Assembly: GCA_032718475.1 (NCBI GenBank)
Contig: JAUCBJ010007955.1
Coordinates: 169,869 to 233,868 of the forward strand
DNA length: 64,000 nucleotides
From: Nemertoderma westbladi
Lineage: Eukaryota; Animalia; Xenacoelomorpha
Reading direction: 5' to 3'
Part shown: piece by piece, positions 1 to 11,151 of the stretch
Position numbering within the stretch: position 1 is the first letter of the stretch
How the letters are laid out: each line of letters begins with the position of its first letter
The notes under the pieces: model-generated
Databases searched by the model: none
What the model was told of the DNA's origin: nothing
The model's input: only the letters and a program-made list of their open reading frames with translations
Program-made: the position numbers and the translations under genes

Positions 1-15
1 GGAGGTCATTCTCGC

Positions 16-1638
16 GTGGCCAGTTCAACACTGGATTCCGCAACCGTTATTCTACCAACACCAGTAAATTGGGTGAAACTTAATGATTATTTAGAGGGAT
101 ATGATATACAGGAGCGAGAGTATTTACATAGCGGATTTACTTATGGATTTCGTTTAAACTATGAAGGTCCAAACATATCTACCATTACACCTAATTCAAT
201 CAGTGCCCAATCCAATCCGATAATAGTGACTCAGAAAATTAACAAAGAAATTGCGGCCGGAAGAATGGTGGGCCCATTTGATTCCCCACCATTTCCAAAG
301 TACCATGTCAACCCAGTAGGCATAAGACCAAAGAAGAATCCAAATGAATTTAGAATGATCCATGATCTCTCAGCCCCACATAACGAATTATCAGTAAACT
401 TTAACATATCATCCGATAATTCGTCTTGTTCATACTACAAAGTTGAGGATGCTATCAATATGATCGTACGTGTAGGAAAGGGTTGTTATTTATCCAAAAC
501 GGACATATCTACAGCATTTCGGCTCATACCTATATCACCTCAAGATTATCATCTGATGTGTACTAAATGGAAAGGAAAATGGTACTTTGATAAGTGTCTC
601 GAAATGGGGGCCAGCTCCAGCTGTAAAATATTTGAACGATTCAGTTCCTGTTTACAATGGGTCGGTATTACTAAGTTAAATATTCCCGAACTTATACATG
701 TCCTGGATGATTTCTTTCTTGCATCAAGTACATATTATGACTGCAAGTCTCAATTAACACGGTTTTCTATATTTTGTGAAGAAGTTGGAGTTTTATTGGC
801 CCCAGACAAAACCGAAGGCCCTAAACAAGTCCTTACATTCCTCGGGATTGAGCTTGATAGTGTTAACTTGGTAGCTAGATTACCTTCTGACAAAGTTGAC
901 CGAGCACTACAATCAGTACAAAATCTAAAGATGAAAAGATGGGTGTTGAAACTAGAGCTCCTGTCCCTCATTGGTTTCCTCAACTTTGCATGTCAAGTGA
1001 TTATACCAGGAAGAGCATTTCTCAGAAGGTTAATAGACTTATCTATGTCAGTAACATCCGTGCATCATCGGGTTAGATTGAAGTCTTGGGCCAGGGCAGA
1101 TCTGGTGGCCTGGGAGTCATTCCTTGTCGAATTTAATGGATGCACTATGTTTATGAATGCTCATTGGAATTCAAACAATAGTATTGAACTTTTTTCAGAT
1201 GCTGCCCAATCTAAAGGTTATGGGGCAGTGTTCCGCAACCATTGGTTCTTTGGGGAATGGCCTCCTGCTTGGGGGCTTTGTACCAATACATCATTGCTAG
1301 AACTTTACCCGATTATGTTAATATTACATATCTGGGGTCCAAACCTAGCAGGTATGAGGATTATCTTCCGCACAGATAATGAAGGACTTGTACCAATCTT
1401 AAATAAGAAAACATCTAAAAACCCACACATTATGAATCTAATCCGTCGTATTGTTATATTATCAATGAAATATAATATATTATTTAGAGCGAGCCACATC
1501 TCAGGTGTAAATAACGTTAAAGCAGACCATCTTTCTCGTTTACAGATAGCATCATTTATGGAGATAGCGCCCGAAGCCGACAAGGACGCAACTCCGATTC
1601 CACCGCATCTGAGACCAGACGACTCCTTTTTCGATTGA
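16..1638 (+). CDS. Reverse transcriptase/RNase H of a DIRS/Ngaro-type tyrosine-recombinase retrotransposon
   Basis: Intact 540-aa ORF. RT motifs PKK..EFRMIHDLS, KTDISTAFR, MGASSSC and HVLDDF. RNase H motifs FSDAA, LELYP, TDN and ADHLSR. Confidence 0.92.
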   Translation: MASSTLDSATVILPTPVNWVKLNDYLEGYDIQEREYLHSGFTYGFRLNYEGPNISTITPNSISAQSNPIIVTQKINKEIAAGRMVGPFDSPPFPKYHVNPVGIRPKKNPNEFRMIHDLSAPHNELSVNFNISSDNSSCSYYKVEDAINMIVRVGKGCYLSKTDISTAFRLIPISPQDYHLMCTKWKGKWYFDKCLEMGASSSCKIFERFSSCLQWVGITKLNIPELIHVLDDFFLASSTYYDCKSQLTRFSIFCEEVGVLLAPDKTEGPKQVLTFLGIELDSVNLVARLPSDKVDRALQSVQNLKMKRWVLKLELLSLIGFLNFACQVIIPGRAFLRRLIDLSMSVTSVHHRVRLKSWARADLVAWESFLVEFNGCTMFMNAHWNSNNSIELFSDAAQSKGYGAVFRNHWFFGEWPPAWGLCTNTSLLELYPIMLILHIWGPNLAGMRIIFRTDNEGLVPILNKKTSKNPHIMNLIRRIVILSMKYNILFRASHISGVNNVKADHLSRLQIASFMEIAPEADKDATPIPPHLRPDDSFFD

Positions 1639-2323
1639 CTGAACTGGTTGAAACGTCATGGGAAATATCTACCATTGAGTCGTATAAAAGAACCTGGGTT
1701 AAATTTAGGTTGTTCCTTAACGAGGTCTTGAATACCCCATTGATACTTCCTGTTGATCATACAGTCTTGGGATGCTTTGTTGCATATTTAGACTCCCAGC
1801 AAATGCATAGATCAACTATCGTGCAACACATGTCAGCTATATCCCTTCCCCACAAACTCTTACAACTAGATGACCCCACAAAATCGTTCTTAGTTTCTTG
1901 AGCATTAATTGGAATTGGGAAGCATATCGTATGTCCTGATTCAAGGTTACCTATTACAAAGGCATTACTGTCGCGTATGTTATATGCTATTGATGTTATA
2001 TACACTGATTCTTATAAGAGTTTGCTTATAAAATCTATGTTTCTGGTTGCCTTTTATGGTTTTCTCAGAGTAGGTGAATTTTTGCCAAAGAAAGGACAAT
2101 TGGGAAAATGGGTGCTTAGTTTTAAGGATGTGCAATTTGATAATAATATTGCTATTTTATTAATTAGGCATTTTAAGCACCAAAAACCACCATATGTACC
2201 AGCACGTGTCAGTATTTTAGATAATGAATACCACAATCCAGTGAAAATATTACGGCATTATTTACACAACCGTCCATTGCAAAATGAAGATAGCCCATTG
2301 TTTATGTGGCAATCAGGTGACTA
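1635..2323 (+). pseudogene. Tyrosine recombinase of the same element (internal stop, 3'-truncated)
   Basis: Overlaps the RT stop. N-terminal SAM-like region (STIESYKRTW), in-frame TGA at 1899-1901, then FYGFLRVGE (catalytic Arg) and RHFK. Similarity ends near MWQSGD; the HSxR motif and catalytic Tyr are missing. Confidence 0.85.
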
Positions 2324-2882
2324 TACGAATGGGAGCGGAGCAGGCAACAGAGATTATACATAGGCAGATTAATATTTATACGTAGACATGATACAAATTT
2401 ACAAGCAAAGGAACAGAAACAATAGATCAATAACAGGTAACAGAACACGAGTGGGGCTTTCGGGCAGCAAAAGCTGCAAGCCATCTTGCGAATAATTATA
2501 ATTATTCTATGGCTAGTTATTATATAGGCCTATTCTGATATTGGCTTCCGACAATATTATGGTTTCCGACACACACACAGACTTTTGGAAAACGGCCATA
2601 GTAGAAGGAAAATTATTTGGAGAAGAAAATATTTACTAATACAACAATTAATGGAACATACAAACTCTAGTGTAAACTAACAGATGGGGTGAGACACACT
2701 AAAAGGGAAACAACGAGCCAGGGCTTTCATAGGTGGTTGCAGGGACATGATAGAAGGCTATCTAGAATTCTAACAAGTTTAGGGCTTGGTATATAAACTC
2801 TGTGGTATATATTACATATGTAATATTATGTGTTTGTTCAGAAATGGAAAAATTGAGAAAGCGCGTCACCGGGGGTTGACCC

Positions 2883-2928
2883 AGCGCTATACGTACGTTT
2901 TGGCCTAACAGGCCTCATCAGTAGCGCT
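2883..2928 (-). ncRNA. Type I hammerhead ribozyme, core-mutated copy
   Basis: Minus strand AGCGCTA-CTGATGA-GGCCTGTTAGGCC-AAAAC-GTAC-GTA-TAGCGCT; the core GAAA is mutated to AAAA. Confidence 0.7.
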
Positions 2929-3228
2929 AACCAGCTCAGCCACTAGCCCCTGACACTCACACTCCCACCTAATCCACTTCTATTGAACAGGCAGTCTTAA
3001 GTTGCATATATTCTATCTCTAACAGTGGACCTACCGGCCTCCAAGTATGTTAGAGTGAAACAGTATAGGGAAGTACAAATAAATAAATATTCAGCTCGAG
3101 TATTGCTGCCAGGTGATATTAATCAAATAAATTGGAGATGAGCTGTTGCAACTGTAATTAAAGGTGTAATATTATGTGTTTGTTCAGAAGTGGAAAAAAT
3201 GAGAAAGCGCGTCACCGGGGGTTGAGCC

Positions 3229-3274
3229 AGCGCTATACGTACGTTTCGGCCTGACAGGCCTCATCAGTAGCGCT
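3229..3274 (-). ncRNA. Type I minimal hammerhead ribozyme
   Basis: Minus strand AGCGCTA-CTGATGA-GGCCTGTCAGGCC-GAAAC-GTAC-GTA-TAGCGCT. Intact core, stems I and II, and a short palindromic stem III. Confidence 0.88.
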
Positions 3275-3421
3275 AACCAGCTCAGCCACTAGCCCCTGAC
3301 ACTCACCGTCCCACGTAATCCACTTCTATTGAACGGGCAGTCTTAAGTTGCATATATTCCCATAATATTACACCTTTAATTAGAGTTGCAACAGCTCATC
3401 TCCAATTTATTTATATTACAT

Positions 3422-3955
3422 CCTTATCAACAAAAGCGGAGAAACAGCATGATTAACTGCCAGGCATACAGCTCGTTCAACCTAATTGCTTCGGACCACA
3501 GAATTGTGACTGCAGAGATCACACTAAGTTGAAGAGGCAGCAAACCCAGGACAAGCAAGCGAATTCACTAGCTCTATCAAAATGGATACCATCTGGAAAT
3601 CAGACATCTCCAGGAACCTGAAGACCAAGCTCTTCTGGCCACAGTGTTATAGTTGTAATAGGAAAGTCTTATACGGTGGTGAGACCTGGACACTGACGAA
3701 TTCACTTGACCAACGAATTGATGGTTGTTACACAAGACTAGAATACTAAGGGCATCTCTAAACATCAGCTGTAGACATCACATGACAAACGCCGAGCTTT
3801 ATGGTTGTATACCACCTGTATCAACCACCCTCCGTGAACGCAAGTTAAGATTCAGTGGGCACTGCTGGAGAAGTAAAGACTTCTACTTTTCTGGCAACCA
3901 ACACAAGGAATGCGTCGCCGTGGATGACCAGCTGTTGACCAACTTGAAAAGGATC
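3422..3955 (+). mobile_element. Degenerate RTE-type LINE fragments
   Basis: Reads SDHRIVTA and AELYGCIPPVSTTLRERKLRFSGHCWRSK; same family as the copy at 45973-48660. Confidence 0.8.
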
Positions 3956-4000
3956 AAAATTTTTTTCTTGAATCTCAAGCCATCCCTTATATCGGCTTGA

Positions 4001-5510
4001 TTTCAATTACAGCGACCCTTACAGTTTCCCTATGTCTCCCCTCGTTCAGTTACAGCGACAATTACAGTTTCCCTATGTCTCCAATCGTTAAGTTACAGCG
4101 ACCCTTACAGTTTCCCTGTCTCCCCTCCCCTCGTTCAGTTACAGCGACCCTTACAGTTTCCCTGTCTACCCTCCCCTTGTTCAGTTACAGCGACCATTAC
4201 AGTTTACATATGTCTCCCCTCGTTCAGTTACAGCGACCCTTACAGTTTCCCTGTCTTCCCTCATTCAGTTACAGCGACCCAGTTTCCCTATGTCTACCCT
4301 CGTTCAGTTACAGCGACCCAGTTTCCCTATGTCTCCCCCCGTTCAGTTACAGCGACCCTTACAGTTTCCCTGTCTCCCCCCGTTCAGTTACAGCGACCCT
4401 TACAGTTTCCCTATGTCTCCCCCTGTTCAGTTACAGCGACCCTTACAGTTTCCCTATGTCTCCCCTCGTTCAGTTACAGCGACCCTTACAGTTTCCCTAT
4501 TTCTACCCCCGTTCAGTTACAGCGACCCTTGCAGTTTCCCTATGTCTCCCCTCGTTCAGTTACAGCGACCCTTACAGTTTCCCTATGTCTCAACTCGTTC
4601 AGTTACAGCGACCCCAGTTTCCCTATGTCTCCCCCTGTTCAGTTACAGCGACCCCAGTTTCCCTATGTCTCCCCCTGTTCAGTTACAGCGACCACAGTTT
4701 CCCTATGTCTCCCTTCGTTCAGTTACAGCGACCCTTACAGTTTCCCTGTCTTCCCTCATTCAGTTACAGCGACCCAGTTTCCCTATGTCTCCCCTCGTTC
4801 AGTTACAGCGACCCTTACAGTTACCCTGTCTCCCCTCGTTCAGTTACAGCGACCCTTACAGTTTCCCTGTCTCCCCTCGTTCAGTTACAGCGACCCTTAC
4901 AGTTTCCCTATGTCTCCCCTCGTTCAGTTACAGCGGCCCTTACAGTTACCCTGTCTCCCCTCGTTCAGTTACAGCGACCCTTACAGTTACCCTATGTCTC
5001 CCCTCGTTCAGTTACAGCGACCCTTACAGTTTCCCTATGTCTCCCCTCGTTCAATTACAGCGACCCTTACAGTTTCCCTATGTCTCCCCTCGTTCAGTTA
5101 CAGCGACCCTTACAGTTTCCCTATGTCTCCCCTCGTTCAATTACAGCGACCCTTACAGTTTCCCTATGTCTCCCCTCGTTCATTTACAGCGACCCTTACA
5201 GTTTCCCTATGTCTCCCCTCGTTCAGTTTCAGCGACCCTTACAGTTTTCCTGTCTCCCCTCGTTCAATTACAGCGACCCTTACAGTTTCCCTATGTCTCC
5301 CCTCGTTCAGTTACAGCGACCCTTACAGTTTCCCTATGTCTCCCCTCGTTCAGTTGCAGCGACTTTTACAGTTTCCCTAGGTCTCCCCCCGTTCAGTTAC
5401 AGCGACCCTCACAGTTTCCCTGTCTCCCCTCGTTCAGTTACAGCGACCCTTACAGTTTCCCTATGTCTCCCCTCGTTCAGTTACAGCGACCACAGTTTCC
5501 CTATGTCTCA
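4001..5510. repeat. Satellite, about 43-bp unit (TCCCCTCGTTCAGTTACAGCGACCCTTACAGTTTCCCTATGTC)
   Basis: About 35 tandem copies with 38-43 bp length variants. Confidence 0.97.
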
Positions 5511-5719
5511 CGTAATCCTCTGAAATTCAGCTGATTAAAATTCAAGAAAAAATGATGACAAAAATATACATTTTAAAAATATACATTTTAGAAATTTTAT
5601 TTAGTTTATTTAAAAATATATTTTTATTTTTTTAGAAATAGAAATGTATACACCATGACCCGTAATAGTGTCATTTTCTCATGAGACGGAGAAGAAAAGT
5701 TAACATTTGATTTAAGATA

Positions 5720-5905
5720 AAAGGTCGATGGTGTAAGGTCGATGTTGTAAGGTCGATGGTGTAAGGTCGATGGTGTAAGGTCGATGGTGTAAGGTCGATG
5801 GTGTAAGGTCGATGGTGTAAAGTCGATGGTGTAAGGTCGATGGTGTAAGGTCGATGGTGTAAGGTCGATGGTGTAAGGTCGATGGTGTAAGGTCGATGGT
5901 GTAAG
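5720..5905. repeat. Minisatellite, 14-bp unit GTAAGGTCGATGGT
   Basis: About 13 near-perfect copies. Confidence 0.97.
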
Positions 5906-6909
5906 CTATTTTGTTATATTATATCAACTTACTCGCTTTTGTAATGTTTAGGAATATTTATGAAATTCATACCCTTTTTATTTTTAATATAGTAAAGAAA
6001 TATCCGTTACTGTAACAACTGTACGGTAAGTAATCTTACCCTTACTTAGCCAGCCTACAATGGCTATTATCAATGGAGAATATTCTCGACGCGTTCCAGA
6101 AGTTTATTGTTACTAAAGTTACTAAGTGCTTTTCTGTGTTACGAGGATATCTCCAAAGAGTGCTGATATATAATAAGTTATATATAATATACAGCTATAC
6201 AGTTATATATACAATATACAGTTATATATAATATATAACTATATTTATCTATATTAGATATAGTATCGATATGTACTATAATAGATATAGTTATATATAA
6301 TTATTTTCCATAATGTAACAAAAATACTTTCATGGTTTATTAACTTATTTAGTTAAAAGTTGTTGTTGAAGATGAACATCCAATAATTACAAAAAAATAA
6401 ATGAAAAAATGATGCACGGTTAAAGCCACCGCTACCGTAGCAGCTTTGCAATCTAATAAACATATAACAACTAATAAATATTATTTAAGTTATCATTATC
6501 AACCATTTAAATTCCGTTGCTAAAATAATTTAATTTAATTAGTGAAAACTTATACTTTCAACTGATAGATAATATGGTATCATTTTACAATGAATATTAA
6601 ATAATTCCTTAAAAACTGTCAGTTAATTAAACAGGACTTTGAAAGAGCTTAACAGTTGGAAAATTATTCGTTAAAAAAAACATTTACAATTTATATTTTA
6701 TTACTCATGACTTCTGCTTCCGGAGGAGCCCAAAAAATGTTAGCTAAGGCTAAAAGACGAGCGCCTTCAGTGCCTAAACTCGTTAAACTAACGCCAGTGT
6801 ATCCGATCTCGTGTGCACCAGAGCATTCCGAACAGCTCATCCTGCTAGCGGAACAGTTAAACTAACATATGGGGTGAATGGAGTGAGTGGGGTGATATGG
6901 AGTGAGTTA

Positions 6910-7412
6910 CAGTAAAGGGGAAACAAACGAACCAGGTATTTCATAGGTGGTTGCAGGGACATGATAGAAGGCTATCTAGAATTCTAACAAGTTTAGGGCT
7001 TGGTATATAAAACTCCATGGTTTACATTACTCCGTGGTTTATATTACATCCTTATCAACAAACGTGGAGAAACAACAGCTCGTTCAACCTAATTGCTTCG
7101 GACCACAGAATTGTGACTGCAGAGATCAGACTCAGTTTGACAGCCATCAAACCCAGGACAAGCAAGCAAATCAACTATGACTGGGAGAAACTCAGAACTG
7201 ACAATGCAGTAAAGGATGCTTATACAGTAGAAGTTTAAAACAGCTTTGAAGCACTTCAGTCAATGGATGAAGACCAGTCCACCGATTCAATATACCAGAA
7301 TATAATAACAGCCCACAAGGAATCAGCTAAGAGGCATATCCCCCAGAAACCCAAACGAAAACAGTATGTGCAATCGCAAAACTCTGAGGTTACTTGTAAG
7401 AGAGAAGATCTT
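6910..7412 (+). mobile_element. RTE-type LINE fragment (end of endonuclease domain and linker)
   Basis: SDHRIVTAEIRLSL...YDWEKL...AVKDAYTVEV; matches 47670-47880 on the opposite strand and 2700-2817. Confidence 0.8.
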
Positions 7413-7900
7413 AATGGGGGGTAGCGCTTTTTTAACAAAGTCAATGAAAACCAATGGTAACAAGGCTTTGTCCAAATTGAATAATTTTTGGTATATGGGT
7501 CAATCGATAGACGATAACTGTAGGTGGTTTTTTTTTTAATTTGTATTATTAATTATTAATTTATATGACCGGTGTAATATATACCGGAATAAACCGGTGT
7601 AAATAAAAAATAGAGATGTTACAATTCATGTTTCATACAATGTAATTTTCAAATTAAAATGTCTCAAAAAAAGTGCCAAAAGTGAGGTTAAAAATGGTGC
7701 TATAACTATAAAGACTATAAGACTATAACTATAAGACTACATACATACTTGTTTCAAAGTACTTTACAGTGTTCTGATCCTCGGGGCTTTATTTGTGCTA
7801 CTTTACACAAAGTATTATTTATCACAAGTAGTTAGTTATTAAGTAGTTCTTAGTACATTTAGGATTTCGGAATTTTACTCTTCGGAACTAACTGTCCATC

Positions 7901-8200
7901 ATGGCCCATAATGGAATCTATAGCGATACAGAGATACCATTGGATGAAATCCCAGATCATCAGGAAGGCGTTTATGACGTCATACCGGATAAGATAATTT
8001 CCTCACCAACCACGTCACAGTCCTCACAGAATATAGGAGATCGCGTTAATGAGGGCCGTGTTGTTTCAGCTAGAAGTTGGTGGGTTGTGGTTATTATTGG
8101 AGTGTTGTTGGTTGCGTTGTTGGTGGTGGGGGCGACGATAGCAGCTTCGTCTTATTTACTTCAACAGAAGTTTACTGAACAGATTCGTGACTTGAACGAC
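7901..8200 (+). pseudogene. Host type-II transmembrane fibrinogen-related protein, 5' part (cytoplasmic tail, TM helix, start of coiled coil)
   Basis: ATG at 7901; TM helix WWVVVIIGVLLVALLVVGATIAASSYLL. Ends at the AACGAC duplication and joins in frame to 29332. Confidence 0.82.
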
Positions 8201-8565
8201 AGTACTATGATAAACAACTTAAATAAAACAGCGTCTGCCATAGTCTACCATGTTAAAGAATTTCCCGAACGGCTCTTGCCCCGCCTACTTACTATGATTA
8301 CCATTGTGTCACCCCGCCCACTTACTATGGTTACCATTGTGTATATGTAACATATGTCACCACTGTGTATATGTGACATATGTGGTATAAGGCCAGTCCG
8401 CAGACGGAAGTTATTTAATTAATTCGTGTCTACCGGTTGGCGTTTGACCTTGAACCGCAATAGGTAAAACCCAATATCGCTAAGCAACAAGTTGTGGGGC
8501 GAGCCGCGAATTGAGTGTAAGGTTATAGTATTTATAATATTATTTTTAATTTGATTATTATACTT
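8201..8565 (+). repeat. Left terminal inverted repeat of the Polinton
   Basis: 8201-8477 is the reverse complement of 29045-29325. 8478-8565 matches the right subterminal repeats (about 28340-28420 and 28600-28640). Confidence 0.95.
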
Positions 8566-8606
8566 AAATCCATCACCATTACTATTTTAAAATTTCTTCC
8601 ACCACC

Positions 8607-9044
8607 TCACCCATTTATCCCGCTATCCTCGCTATCTACATCCTCCACATTATTACCATTACCACCGCCACCGCCTAACATCTCCAACATTCCCATCAAC
8701 ATCTCAATCCTTTCTTTCATCGCCTTCTCCCGCGCACACCTCTCAGCCTCCCTCGCTCTCCTAACCCCCTCAGCCGCCATCTCCAACTCCCAATCTTCTC
8801 CCCACACAATCTTGTTCTTTTTTGCCTCTTCCTCCAAATAATAATTTTTCTCTATCTCTTCCCACTCATTTCTCGGATTCAACAATCTCTCCAACCGCGA
8901 TTCTTCTTTTTCTCTCTCGTAAATCGCCACCAGTATCATCTCATTCTCCTTATCAATTTCATCTGCTTCAATCTCATTTTCCTCCTCCTCCTCCTCCTTA
9001 TCAACCTCATCCACCGCAATCTCATTTTCTCCCACCTCATCCAT
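8607..9044 (-). CDS. Acidic low-complexity Polinton protein of unknown function
   Basis: 145-aa Glu-rich ORF with an ATG preceded by AT-rich TATA-like sequence. Confidence 0.55.
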   Translation of the reverse strand: MDEVGENEIAVDEVDKEEEEEENEIEADEIDKENEMILVAIYEREKEESRLERLLNPRNEWEEIEKNYYLEEEAKKNKIVWGEDWELEMAAEGVRRAREAERCAREKAMKERIEMLMGMLEMLGGGGGNGNNVEDVDSEDSGING

Positions 9045-9269
9045 AATATATATATAGTATAATAAATAAAATAAATATGTGTATAATAATAAATAATACT
9101 ATAAATAAATTTATATAATATTTATTTCAATCGATAATTCATTATACCAACAAATAATTTACCACCACAAAATAATAATAATAATAATTTAACCATGTCT
9201 GGCTCGCTGCAGCGACACTGCCTACGAACAGGGTCTATTTATATAATAAAGTTTCTACCGCTCGAAGAT

Positions 9270-10562
9270 TCACACTGAATGTTTATTCTTCTTTATTTGA
9301 GGTTGCCCATTAGTCTCGATTTCATTGAAAATGTCTTCACCATCATCCATATCATTTACGATGTCCTCTTCAAAGTCGCTGATATCTTCATACGCATAGC
9401 TAGGTGTTTTATTCACGATGAGATCAATTTTTCGCTTAAGCGCTTGTTCTTTCATGGCTTTAGGTGTTTTCATCTTCATCTGAGCACTCACACCCCCAAC
9501 AAGGGTATCAATATCCTTATAATCATTATTTTTTTCAGCGCCGTCTACCCGTTCATTTTCTGCAATCGCGGGCAACCAGATTTTTTTCTCATCCATTTTC
9601 TTAGCAGTGACTTTTACTGCTTCGGACGTCTTCAGCTGACTAGCGTTGTTCGGCATTTCCACTTTCATTAGTTCCTCGTCCGCTAATTCATCAATCGCAG
9701 CCTCAACAACTAACTTTTTAATCGGTAGAAACTCACACCCAGACGGGATATCGTAGCCCGCGTACTTCTGTAATTGCTTAATTATCTGGACATTTGTGTT
9801 GTTTCGAGGGATGAAAATAACCTTGGTGTCGAAGTTGTGGGACAAATATATCCCGTTTTCGTTAACGGTTGATGTGTACCTCATACTAACCTCATCGATA
9901 TTCTCCTTAACATTCTTATCTATGTTAAAGTCGAGCAAACAGAATTCATCCGCTCTGAGATTCAACCCATCGTAATATAGAACACCCTTCCATTGTCTAC
10001 CTATATCATCCGCTTCCCAAACGCCGACAAATCATTGCCCTTCAAAGTCGTAGATATATCCAATGTACCCACAATCTTCGAACTCCATAAAATTATCACC
10101 GTGAATTTCCTTTTTCTTCGGTTCAATACGGGAAAGAACGACTTTGCCGTAGATGCTTTGTAAGACATCTAGAATTTTTCGCGAGATAAAAATTGATGCG
10201 CCGTTTTTCCCAATGCGTAAGTACGCGTGATTTATTGGCGTTGTAAGCAAATTGCCTCTGGTGTATTCCTTGTAATATTCAATGGCTATTTTCTTATAAT
10301 TGAGGAAGTCAAATAGGAATCTTATGTTCTGGTAAGTAAGACTTACCGATTCTTGCACGACGTTGCGTCCTTTGGTATCACCCCAACGGTTGAATCGAAC
10401 GTATCTCCCGTTAAATGCTTTTATTTCTATTCCTTCCCCCAAACACTCGAGGCCCCACACACTCTTACCTGTAATCACCGATACGTATGGGGCGGGCTCA
10501 CTATCAGTAGAGCTACCGCTTAATGACATCATTTTTGGTTGTGATGGTTTCACAGATTCCAT
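9270..10562 (-). pseudogene. Putative multi-PC4 (Sub1-like) ssDNA-binding protein with one internal TGA
   Basis: ORFs 10032-10568 and 9270-9965 are in frame across a single TGA. Reads YIGYIYDFEGQ*FVGVWE...DGLNLRADEFCLL and IKAFNGRYVRF...SVSLTYQNI, resembling the PC4 pattern V..F.G...IDIRE...GISL..EQW..L. Confidence 0.55.
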
Positions 10563-11151
10563 CAACAAATTTTGCGAAATATTAATAATTAAGTGTAAAA
10601 ATACAATAATATCACGCTAAACAATGTGCAAAAAATATGAAATAATGAATTATAACCCGAATGACGAAATAAAGTATTTTACGACGTATTTATAATATAA
10701 TGATGGGCTATCGGGATAACGGGTATATTTTAACCACTCAACCGGTTTAATCGCTATTGTCCTGAGAGAATTTTTTTTTTAAAAACTTCCTAAATTTCAA
10801 AGGAAATATTTATTTACGCTTAAATTGGTTGATATAAGTGGTAACAGCTTGCGGTGGCGATTAATGCGGTCTATATAAATTTTTATAGACACACCCCCGA
10901 AATTCCACAGAATATTACTCACGGTTAAATTGATTGACGTCAACTGTATTAACTGTGTAGCTTCTTAGAAGTTTCATAATTTTAAGCATGAGCGAATTTA
11001 ATTTAATGTCGGCATCGCAAACTTTCTCTCCCGATGGATATTTTTCTGTAATCATTTACTAAAAACGAATGATTGCGGCGCACGAACGACGTTTTAAAGA
11101 CACACCCATTATAAATATACCCATTGGTCAAAATATTATTGATTAAGCGAC

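Larger units (their letters stand above)
2818..3411 (-). mobile_element. Retrozyme/Penelope-like non-autonomous element with two hammerhead ribozymes
   Basis: About 346-bp tandem duplication plus a short inverted end (3361-3411). Flanked by the 10-bp duplication TATATTACAT (2808-2817, 3412-3421). An uninterrupted copy of the target sequence is at about 7030-7060. Confidence 0.75.

Noticed and set aside
3997-5534. Long overlapping ORFs of 283-508 aa
   Set aside because: They are translations of a stop-poor 43-bp satellite, with the same peptides cycling through all frames.
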